Positions 27,547 through 35,223 of a stretch of 50,034 nt of DNA are shown in pieces. Position numbers and translations under genes: made by a program. The number at the start of each line of letters is the position of its first letter. Positions within the stretch are counted from its first letter, which is position 1. Under the pieces are notes generated by a model. It had not been told where the DNA came from. It was given only the letters and a program-made list of their open reading frames with translations, and did not search any database. This DNA comes from Candidatus Thorarchaeota archaeon (GTDB lineage: Archaea; Asgardarchaeota; Thorarchaeia; Thorarchaeales; Thorarchaeaceae), in the NCBI GenBank assembly GCA_013138615.1, contig WTCK01000070.1:1-50034 (forward strand), read 5' to 3'.

Positions 27547-27637
27547 TATCGGCATAGGGAATCTGTGCGACGTTTGAAGTGCCGCAAGAATATCCTTATC
27601 TTGTGTTTATGGAGTTGAAATTCCTGAGATTGATCAT

Positions 27638-28771
27638 ATGTCGTCCCAAGAGCAGTCTGTGAATTTTTGGCAAGGAAACCATGCTTGTGCGAGGGCTGCA
27701 ATCGCCGCAGGATGCAGATTCTTTGCAGGCTATCCGATAACTCCTGCTTCGGAGATTGCAGAAATAATGGCGCGTCGTTTGCCAGAGGTGGGAGGCGTTT
27801 ATCTCCAGATGGAGGACGAGATTGGAGCGATTTCAGCAATAATTGGTAGTTCGTGGGGTGGAAAGCTCACGATGACTGCCACTTCGGGACCCGGCTTCAG
27901 TCTGATGCAGGAGAACATAGGATATGCCATTATGACTGAAACCCCCTGTGTAATTGTTAATGTGCAACGTGCTGGACCTAGTACAGGACAAGCTACGAAA
28001 GCAGCCCAAGGTGACTTCATGCAATCCAGATGGGGAACACACGGGGATCATGAAAGCATTGTCTTGGCACCAAGCTCCGCTCAAGAAACTTACGAGCTTA
28101 CAATAAGGGCATTTGAATTATCAGAACATCTCCGACATCCGGTGATACTTCTCTCCGATGAGATAGTGGCACATTCCCGAGAGAGAGTGGTTGTGGATCC
28201 CAACCTAAATGTTACCATCAAGAGAAGACTAGCAAGAGTCGGTGAGCTGCCGTATGGAGCGGTGGACAAGGAAGGCAGGTCAATGATGTTGAGATTTGGA
28301 GATGGTCACAATCTACTTGTCACTGGTTCCACTCATGATGACCATGGCGTCAGGAAGACCGCTGATCCCAAAGTACATGATAGACTTGTACGCAGGTTAG
28401 CAATGAAAATTCAAGAGAATCGCGATTTCCTAGCGGATGTTGTCGTTGCCGGCCCCTCCGAAGCTGAATGGGGCATCGTTTCATTTGGCTGCACTTCAAG
28501 GTCAGTTGATGAAGTTATGACCACTGATACCAGTGCAAGCTCAATCAAATCTCTAAGACTGCGTACTCTTTGGCCGTTCCCAGATAAGGAAATGAAGGAG
28601 TTCGCCCAAACTGTGAAGCGATTGCTCGTGCCGGAGCTCAACTTGGGGCAGTTGGCCGGAGAGGTGTCGCGTGCAGTTGGCGAATCCGTTGATGTGGTAT
28701 CCCTTAACAAGATTGGAGGAGGACTCATGATTGAGCCTAATGAGATAGTTGCTGCGATGGCGTCAATCTGA
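27638..28771 (+). CDS. korA: 2-oxoacid:ferredoxin oxidoreductase, alpha subunit
   Basis: 377 aa. The N-terminus GNHACARAAIAAGCRFFAGYPITPASEI is the KorA/PorA signature, and the length is normal for an alpha subunit. No beta, gamma or delta subunit gene follows. Confidence 0.85.
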   Translation: MSSQEQSVNFWQGNHACARAAIAAGCRFFAGYPITPASEIAEIMARRLPEVGGVYLQMEDEIGAISAIIGSSWGGKLTMTATSGPGFSLMQENIGYAIMTETPCVIVNVQRAGPSTGQATKAAQGDFMQSRWGTHGDHESIVLAPSSAQETYELTIRAFELSEHLRHPVILLSDEIVAHSRERVVVDPNLNVTIKRRLARVGELPYGAVDKEGRSMMLRFGDGHNLLVTGSTHDDHGVRKTADPKVHDRLVRRLAMKIQENRDFLADVVVAGPSEAEWGIVSFGCTSRSVDEVMTTDTSASSIKSLRLRTLWPFPDKEMKEFAQTVKRLLVPELNLGQLAGEVSRAVGESVDVVSLNKIGGGLMIEPNEIVAAMASI

Positions 28772-31065
28772 GCACTAAACTGTTCTACACTCGATTGGCC
28801 GTCCTGTCCGTGTCCGTCCACTGAGATTGTGAGTGTTAGATTCGTTCGCATCCAGATGATTATGGCTAGAAACCTGTTCGTGGTTTCGAGCCATGGACTA
28901 CTCACTTCGAATGTGATGTTGTGAGCTCCAGGATTAATCCAAAGAGGCAATGGAATCGAGCTAGGTACGTGCGGATTCAGATTAATCCATACGAAGAACG
29001 GACCTACAACATGATCTACAAAGACACTGACATTGATTGAACTTGGAATGCTGCCATTGTCATCGTGGATATCTAGATTCATGACGATGGTTTCTCCATA
29101 GAATGCCTCCATAATCACAATGTCTACATCCATTATTCCATAGATAATTAGGTCGAAATCGAATGGCCCTATTGCGATGTATTCTGTGTCGGTGATGCTT
29201 ACAGTAATCGTATGTACACCGAGACTCACATTGTGAGCTATTGCAAACGTGAGATTCACAGTCGTATCAGTTAGGATGAGTTCAGTTGTGGAAACCTGGT
29301 CTTCGCCGTCATTAAGAGTTGTCCCAATGGTCTGTTGGAGAGCCCATTCGGACTCTATCATGAAACTAACAGTTACATTGTGACCACGCATGACGCCCCA
29401 TATTGCTTGAGCAGAGGAGAATGTAAGAGGATAATATGTCATGAACTCAATGAGAAGTGTTGTTTCATAGACATGCTTTGAAGGCTCGCCAAGGATGATT
29501 AATGAGTAGTTTTTCAATCCCACTTGTGTTGTTTGCGTTGTGTACCATTGCAGCAGAATCAGACCCGTCACATCGCTCGAACCGGTTGCCAATGCATAGC
29601 CAGTGGAATTGCAAAATACGACAGAGATACCTCCAGCATCAGCATCCAGTGGGTTTGTCAGATGTAGCAATATCTCAGTTTCATAGCCAAGAACCGAAGG
29701 AAACAGTATCTCATAGGTGACTGCTGGGATGAATGAAATATTGAGTAATTCTTGGTAATGCATCTGGACGTAGTGAGTTGTTTCATTTGTTTGAACTGAA
29801 ATTACTCCTGTGCCCCAGCTTGTTTCCGGAATCAGAAAGGAGAGCCTAAAGCAGCCGGATTCATTGGTCGCTCCTTGGGCTACGAGTTCTGTACTGTTTC
29901 CGATTGTAAGAATAACAGATAGAGGAATGGCATTGATTGTAGTATTGGCTGCTTGATCTGTCACAACAACATCAATGCTAATTGACTGCCCACATATAGC
30001 AGGCTGTGCACTCTCGACATTGACAATCACATCTCGTTGGAGCGCGGTAATCAACACAGAAGCTGAAGCTACTTGATACGAGGGGGCGGTCGCAGTTACA
30101 TTGACACAGTAGAGGCCCGGGTCTACTGCAAAAGTGATTGTGGAACTGTATGTACCGTTTCCCAGGTTGGTCATGTTTCCATTTGTAAATTCAGTACTCC
30201 ATCTAACTATGCTATCGTTTATCGGCTCAGAGAGATGATTAAGATGTTTCACAAGCAATTCTGCCAAGTCAGCATGGCTCCCGTCGTGTGACTGGCAGTA
30301 TACTGAGTCAGAATGCGAGATTACTATCAAGCTAGATTCCGGGGGTTGAACAGTGAGTGTGAGAGATTTCGAAAGCGGATGAAATGCATCGGTGCCATTA
30401 CATGAAACTGTAAGGTTGTAGTCCCCGGGTGGCCCAAGCGATGAAGTCCAGTTCACTGTGACTACACCGTTATTGTCTGTTGTATCATTTGAGTGCATCA
30501 CTAATTGGCTGTTTGAGTCATAGATATCTATTGAAACTGGATTATTCGAGAGAGTTAAGTTGCTGTTGTGCGCGCTCACAATCTCAAGATCGAAACTCTT
30601 GTTTGTGCCATAAGGGACAGATAGTGGCTCCAGTGCGTATACTGTTAGTGGGCCCTTGGTTATGTTGATTTCTATGGTTTCACTCGCTCCTTGGGAATAA
30701 CCATCGAAGGTTTCGATATTGAAGATGACAAAGCCATTGGTCCCATTGATGCCTGGGAATGTATGTTCAGGCTGGATTGTGTATGAGGATGTGAGAATCC
30801 TAGTTTCTGGTGATGGCGGTATGAAATAGTCGTCATCAAAAACAGGTCCAAAGTCTGTGACTATTGCGAAAGAAACATAGCACCATCCATCCTCGCTGAA
30901 GTCAGCAGTGACCTTGGCTACCATGTGAATGGTTTCGCCAACCTCGTACGTTAGCTTGTCGGTTTCGAAGGAGTCAAACTCGAAGTAAAAGGCGCTAACT
31001 GGCGACATAAGACCAAAGGTAAGGAATACTGCGGCTGCGACGATAACTAGTGCGTTTCGATTCAA
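28411..31065 (-). CDS. Large secreted protein with repeated beta-rich (Ig-like) modules and many N-x-S/T sequons. The last ~120 codons are antisense to korA.
   Basis: 884-aa ORF with a TTG start (a TGA lies immediately upstream in frame). The signal peptide is MNRNALVIVAAAVFLTFGLMSPVSA. The composition is T/S/N/V/I-rich and no C-terminal anchor is recognisable. The reading frame stays open through 28771-28411, opposite the korA 3' end. Confidence 0.7.
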   Translation of the reverse strand: MNRNALVIVAAAVFLTFGLMSPVSAFYFEFDSFETDKLTYEVGETIHMVAKVTADFSEDGWCYVSFAIVTDFGPVFDDDYFIPPSPETRILTSSYTIQPEHTFPGINGTNGFVIFNIETFDGYSQGASETIEINITKGPLTVYALEPLSVPYGTNKSFDLEIVSAHNSNLTLSNNPVSIDIYDSNSQLVMHSNDTTDNNGVVTVNWTSSLGPPGDYNLTVSCNGTDAFHPLSKSLTLTVQPPESSLIVISHSDSVYCQSHDGSHADLAELLVKHLNHLSEPINDSIVRWSTEFTNGNMTNLGNGTYSSTITFAVDPGLYCVNVTATAPSYQVASASVLITALQRDVIVNVESAQPAICGQSISIDVVVTDQAANTTINAIPLSVILTIGNSTELVAQGATNESGCFRLSFLIPETSWGTGVISVQTNETTHYVQMHYQELLNISFIPAVTYEILFPSVLGYETEILLHLTNPLDADAGGISVVFCNSTGYALATGSSDVTGLILLQWYTTQTTQVGLKNYSLIILGEPSKHVYETTLLIEFMTYYPLTFSSAQAIWGVMRGHNVTVSFMIESEWALQQTIGTTLNDGEDQVSTTELILTDTTVNLTFAIAHNVSLGVHTITVSITDTEYIAIGPFDFDLIIYGIMDVDIVIMEAFYGETIVMNLDIHDDNGSIPSSINVSVFVDHVVGPFFVWINLNPHVPSSIPLPLWINPGAHNITFEVSSPWLETTNRFLAIIIWMRTNLTLTISVDGHGQDGQSSVEQFSAQIDAIAATISLGSIMSPPPILLRDTTSTDSPTARDTSPANCPKLSSGTSNRFTVWANSFISLSGNGQRVRSLRDLIELALVSVVITSSTDLEVQPNETMPHSASEGPATTTSARKSRFS

Positions 31066-31186
31066 TCAGCACACCAAATGTCAGTCATCATGTCACCTAA
31101 AAAACGGCACTTGATATAGCGACAGGTTTAATTCAAGACCGCTTAGCCTCAGTGCGACGCTGAAGGAACACGGAGTGCTGTAAGCG

Positions 31187-31552
31187 ATGGTCATTAGGTT
31201 GAGGAATGCTACAATCAAGGCAATTGAAGATACAGAAACAAAAAGGTTGAAGCTTCTGAGAATTGTATCCAAGGCTGAAGGAGCCAAATTGACATTGGAA
31301 CTTCCAGAAGCACTTTGCGATAAGATGAATGTGCGTGATGGCATCGTGGTTATTGTCGATTCGAAACCAATTGCGAAAGGAGACAAAAGCAAACTCTATG
31401 CAGAGGGCGAAATCTTCAAGATTGGAGAGGGTGGCGACTTTGAGGTGGTGGGAGCGATAGGTGGTTTGAGGTTCGTCCTTACTCTTGCTAATCCAACGCC
31501 AGCGAAGAAGAAGGTTTTTGCTGCTGATAGATTCTATTTGATGCTCTTATAG
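31187..31552 (+). CDS. Putative RNA polymerase subunit Rpo8 (RpoG), RPB8-like
   Basis: 121 aa. By eye it aligns with yeast Rpb8. LRIVSKAEGAKLTLELPEAL...DGIVVIVDS matches CRIEAAS...CKLTLDINVELFP..DSLTVTIAS. LYAEGEIFKIG...VVGAIGGLRFVLTL......ADRFYLMLL matches YVMYGTAYKF....YYSFGGLLMRLEG.....ENAYLLIRR. It lies next to a TFB gene. Confidence 0.45.
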   Translation: MVIRLRNATIKAIEDTETKRLKLLRIVSKAEGAKLTLELPEALCDKMNVRDGIVVIVDSKPIAKGDKSKLYAEGEIFKIGEGGDFEVVGAIGGLRFVLTLANPTPAKKKVFAADRFYLMLL

Positions 31553-31757
31553 CGATCTAGCACGGTAACAAATTGGGGTTTCTGAGTTTTTCGTCAATGG
31601 ATTTCTGGCAGGCGGGAGTGCCAGTGTTGAATAGTTTCAGTGACCTCTCATTCTGAGGAGGCCATCAGTAACTGCTTGGCCTCTGTGCAAGTCCATTTGA
31701 GTAGACGAATAATTTCTGTGAACGTATTGAATCCTTCTGAAACTCAGTTATGAGTTG

Positions 31758-32816
31758 ATGCCTAATTCGATACGGGTGTGGTCATTGACTGATGGAATGA
31801 TTGAATCATCAAGTTTGACGTCTTGGTCTTGTCCTGATTGTAGCGGGCGATTGCTACACAGTCAAGGATACATAGTCTGTTCTGAATGCGGTATTGCAAT
31901 CTCGAGAAAGTATGTCAATCCCACTTACCAGATGGGTGAGAAAGTGCGTAGCGATGCTCCGGATGCGACCATGTACGTTTCTCTCGGTAATAGAATGCAC
32001 ATTGTTGATGGGCTTGGTAGTTACATAGGGTTTCACAAGGACTGGTATTTTCGTGATGCACACGGCCATTCACTATCCGCGGTAAGCCAGAAGAGATTCA
32101 AGCGTCTGAAGAGAATATACAGTACTCAAGTGCGAATTGGAGGGAATGAGGCAAAATATCGTGCTCTTAGAACACTGAATCATGTGTCAAAGCTATTGAT
32201 GCTGAATGAACAAGTGCGTGATCGCACTGCATACCTATACAAGAAAGTGGTTTCGGAATCTTCTGACAGGGTGACCAACAACATTCTGCTCATGGCAGTA
32301 TGTCTCTTGATGGCAGTGAGGGAATTCAAAGATGGCGCACCGATAACACTTGAAGAAATTGCTGATGTTTTCGAGAAATGCGGACATAGAGTGAGCGTAA
32401 GATCAATGGTTAGAGAGGCACTTAGACTCAAGTCTATGATGGGATATGCTCCCGCGATTCGTAAGCCAAGGGACTATGTGCCTCGAATCTTGTCAATGTT
32501 AATGAATAATCAGAGAGTCACAAGCAAAGTAAGGCTTCGTGGATGGGACTTGAAGGCCTATGAGAGTGCCCTTAGAGATAGAATCTTTGAAATTCTTGAG
32601 TTGATTCCTGCGTCTAAACGTGGGGGACGGAATCCATTCATCTTCACCGTATCAGCAGCCTACGCTAGCGATCGGTTAATTGCTAATGAATATGGTAGAC
32701 GGACAGTATTGACTCAAAAGCTGGCGTCCACAGCAACGCAGGTTGCTGAATACAGTATTCGTGACCATTTTGGTATGATGAAGAAACTTATTCAGCCTGT
32801 AGAAAAGGCAGTCTAG
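31758..32816 (+). CDS. tfb: Transcription initiation factor B (TFIIB family), divergent paralog
   Basis: Zn ribbon CPDCSGRLLHSQGYIVCSECGIAIS followed by two cyclin-like repeats (RTAYLYKKVV...ILLMAVCLLMAVRE; FIFTVSAAYASDRL). ATG at 31758 is preceded by an in-frame TTG at 31755. There is a ~25-aa N-terminal extension before the ribbon. Confidence 0.85.
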   Translation: MPNSIRVWSLTDGMIESSSLTSWSCPDCSGRLLHSQGYIVCSECGIAISRKYVNPTYQMGEKVRSDAPDATMYVSLGNRMHIVDGLGSYIGFHKDWYFRDAHGHSLSAVSQKRFKRLKRIYSTQVRIGGNEAKYRALRTLNHVSKLLMLNEQVRDRTAYLYKKVVSESSDRVTNNILLMAVCLLMAVREFKDGAPITLEEIADVFEKCGHRVSVRSMVREALRLKSMMGYAPAIRKPRDYVPRILSMLMNNQRVTSKVRLRGWDLKAYESALRDRIFEILELIPASKRGGRNPFIFTVSAAYASDRLIANEYGRRTVLTQKLASTATQVAEYSIRDHFGMMKKLIQPVEKAV

Positions 32817-32981
32817 AAATGTCAGGGCGAACTCGAAACGACACTATTGAACAGCGTGTTTTCGGCAGCATATGGTGATGCTAGTGGATGGATTCGTGGC
32901 ACTGAGTAGGGGAATGAGTCGTTTCGACTAGGTGCTTAAATTTCCAACAAAGAGAGTATCATTCGACTGATGTAAGGTAGG

Positions 32982-34679
32982 ATGTGTCTTTTGGTGACTA
33001 GTCATGATGTACTCATTGTAGAGTGTCCCAATACACGATGCAATGGCTGTCGCTACTTTTCAGCCCCGATATGTGGCAAGCTTGAATCTCTACGGGACAC
33101 CTCAAATCATCAAGCAAGGGCGATTATTTTGGAAACTGAAAAGAATCTTGTCCATCTTGGAGGGCATAACATAGGACGCCCACTAGAACCCCCTTGGCAT
33201 GCTGAGGGCTGGGAATCCGTGTACATAGGCGAAAATGAATCTGATCTTCGGAATGTTGTGGATGCCTATGTTGTTGGACCATATTTAGCTGTATTCTATC
33301 TGCAAGGAAAGAATCAGATTATGTATAGGTCATATCCATTAGTTAGAACATCTCTTGAATATGCGCTTCTAGATGAATTGTCTGGCAAGACGGGGGACCT
33401 TGCAAATAGCTATTCGGACTTTAGAGTTAGCATTTCTGAAAGAATCAGTGTCACGTCATCCCGGGTTTCATCAAGTATCACTGAGTCACTTCCTGAGATA
33501 AGTGAATCAACCAAGAAAAGGATTTCAGATGTTGTTGCCCATAGAATGACTGTATTGGGATTGTTCTTCTCATTATTGCTGGACGATGAAGTCGAAGAGG
33601 TCTTTCTGGACAGGCCAGGAGCAGTGCTATACTTTGATCATCAGAGGTTTGGTCGATGTCATTCCAATTTCACTTTAACTGACAATATGGTGTCACGCCT
33701 TGTTACACTGATGCGAGCAGAGAGCAATCTACATCTGGATCGAGCAAATCCTTCATTAAAAACCGACATGCGAATAGCCGGCACGCTTCTTCGTTTTTCT
33801 GCATGTGTACCACCATTAAGTCCAGACGGCCTGCACCTTGAAATTCGAAGAGCACGATCGAGTCCGTACACCATTTTGGATTTGATAATTAATGGTACAT
33901 TGACCGTTGGCGCAGCAGCAACACTACTTGCTGCAATAGCTGGACGCTTCAACATTACTATTACTGGAGGGCCGGGTTCTGGCAAGACTACTTTATTGAA
34001 CGCACTGGATATGGTTACACCAACCACTTGGAGAAAAATCTACATCGAGGATGCTGTTGAGAGTAGATTAGTTGAAGGGCACCATCAAATCAGGATAAAG
34101 GTCGACCCAGTGGATGAAAAAAGCAAACAATCTGACAAGAGTATTGAGATAGTGAAGAGCTTGCATCGATCACCTGACTATCTGATTCTAGGTGAGATTC
34201 AGACAGCTGAACACAGCCAAGCATTGTTTCAAGCGGTAGCAGCAGGACTGCGTACAATTCAGACATGTCACAGCGACTCAGCAGCAAGTCTCATGTCCCG
34301 GTGGATAATAGGACACAAAGTTGATTCATCCAGCATTGCTTTGATGGATGTCATAGTTACTCTCGACCGGCCAGTGCCTGGACAGTCAAGACGTCATGTG
34401 AAGGAAATTGTCGAAGTGAGGAGAGATATTGACCACCGCGGTGTGGTCTTTGTGGGACTTAACAAGGTCTTTGATTTGCGAAGCTCAGGGACCGAGGTCA
34501 GAGAGTGGGCTAAGGACGGAGCTTTCAGATTGCGTGCACAGACTGCCAGTTGTAAGGATTACGTTCAAGTGTTTGAAAGGGCAGCGGACGGCCTCAGATT
34601 TGCACTTGAAGAAGATTCCATTGACTCGGTTACCTCACTGGTCGGGGAATTGTGGTGCAATGAGCACGATATAGTTTAG
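32982..34679 (+). CDS. Type II/IV secretion-family ATPase (VirB11/FlaI/PilB/TadA-like)
   Basis: 565 aa. Walker A ITGGPGSGKTTLLNAL (nt ~33963-33992), Asp box IYIEDAVE, Walker B DYLILGEIQTAE and His box TCHSDSA. The N-terminus is Cys-rich (C2, C15-x4-C20-x2-C23, C31). Confidence 0.8.
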   Translation: MCLLVTSHDVLIVECPNTRCNGCRYFSAPICGKLESLRDTSNHQARAIILETEKNLVHLGGHNIGRPLEPPWHAEGWESVYIGENESDLRNVVDAYVVGPYLAVFYLQGKNQIMYRSYPLVRTSLEYALLDELSGKTGDLANSYSDFRVSISERISVTSSRVSSSITESLPEISESTKKRISDVVAHRMTVLGLFFSLLLDDEVEEVFLDRPGAVLYFDHQRFGRCHSNFTLTDNMVSRLVTLMRAESNLHLDRANPSLKTDMRIAGTLLRFSACVPPLSPDGLHLEIRRARSSPYTILDLIINGTLTVGAAATLLAAIAGRFNITITGGPGSGKTTLLNALDMVTPTTWRKIYIEDAVESRLVEGHHQIRIKVDPVDEKSKQSDKSIEIVKSLHRSPDYLILGEIQTAEHSQALFQAVAAGLRTIQTCHSDSAASLMSRWIIGHKVDSSSIALMDVIVTLDRPVPGQSRRHVKEIVEVRRDIDHRGVVFVGLNKVFDLRSSGTEVREWAKDGAFRLRAQTASCKDYVQVFERAADGLRFALEEDSIDSVTSLVGELWCNEHDIV

Positions 34680-34752
34680 ATTCATCCAGAGCAGCACAAC
34701 CCTCGGTAAATGCGAGTTCCTGAAGGAGTTAAAATAGCGCTCAAAGAGATTA

Positions 34753-34974
34753 GTGATTAGGTGCATATTGATGGCTGATAATGATGACCTTCTTCACGAT
34801 ACTCACGCAGGCCCATTAGTGGAGGAGAGCCTGCTACTAGGCATAGCGGTAGTGACTGTTTCTATCGTAATCGCAGTAATCCTGCAAGCCACTGGTTGGG
34901 CTCAAGATGTAGTCACTAGCCTTCTTCAGCTTTTAGAGAATAGCTGGAGTGATTTTGCTGGGCTGGTCCCGTAG
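34753..34974 (+). CDS. Small Flp-like / class III signal peptide pilin candidate
   Basis: 73 aa from GTG 34753, or 67 aa from ATG 34771. The sequence is MADNDDLLHDTHAG|PLVEESLLLGIAVVTVSIVIAVIL...: a Gly, then Glu at +4/+5, then a ~22-aa hydrophobic helix and a short C-terminal tail. This is the architecture of Flp/Tad and archaeal class III signal peptide mini-pilins. A TTAAAATA box lies at ~34727. Confidence 0.5.
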   Translation: MIRCILMADNDDLLHDTHAGPLVEESLLLGIAVVTVSIVIAVILQATGWAQDVVTSLLQLLENSWSDFAGLVP

Positions 34975-35088
34975 ATTCCGCTTGCGTGTCCGAGTCGTTC
35001 CCATGGAGTTACTCGTTCTGGTTCGGCCCACATCATGTATGCAGCAAGAATTGCTTTTCGGAATGAAATAAATCAAATCGTGGGAAAG

Positions 35089-35099
35089 CCTTATTTATA
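35089..35099 (+). promoter_or_regulatory. TATA-like box upstream of tRNA-Glu
   Basis: CCTTATTTATA lies 38-48 nt upstream of the tRNA 5' end, which implies a short leader. Confidence 0.3.
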
Positions 35100-35136
35100 G
35101 TTGGAGAGGTTTCGCGCTTCGGACTCGACTAGGATG

Positions 35137-35213
35137 GCTCCGGTAGTGTAGTCCGGCCAGCATGGGGGACTCTCGATCCCCCGACCCGGGTTCAAATCCC
35201 GGCCGGAGCACCA
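35137..35213 (+). tRNA. tRNA-Glu(CUC), CCA encoded
   Basis: GCTCCGG TA GTGT AGTCCGGCCA GCAT G GGGGA CTCTCGA TCCCC CGAC CCGGG TTCAAAT CCCGG CCGGAGC A CCA. 77 nt and all stems pair. Confidence 0.85.
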
Positions 35214-35223
35214 CCTCTTTCTT

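Noticed and set aside
27181-27555. Track ORF of 124 aa (and the overlapping 27528..27839 ORF)
   Set aside because: It overlaps the well-formed tRNA-Gly(CCC) and the korA promoter and start region. It has no recognisable motifs and is judged spurious.
27169-27637. Possible replication origin immediately upstream of orc1/cdc6
   Set aside because: I read both strands for ORB/mini-ORB cores (TCCAGTGGAAA-like dyads with a G-string), for repeats and for a clear A/T-rich unwinding stretch, and found none. The gap is largely explained by tRNA-Gly with its T-rich promoter and by the korA promoter.
32870-32930. Possible C/D-box sRNA (GTGATGC ... CTGA ... CTGATG) upstream of the secretion ATPase gene
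   Set aside because: The box C is imperfect, there is no convincing C'/D' pair, and terminal-stem complementarity is absent. The spacing does not fit the ~12-nt guide architecture.
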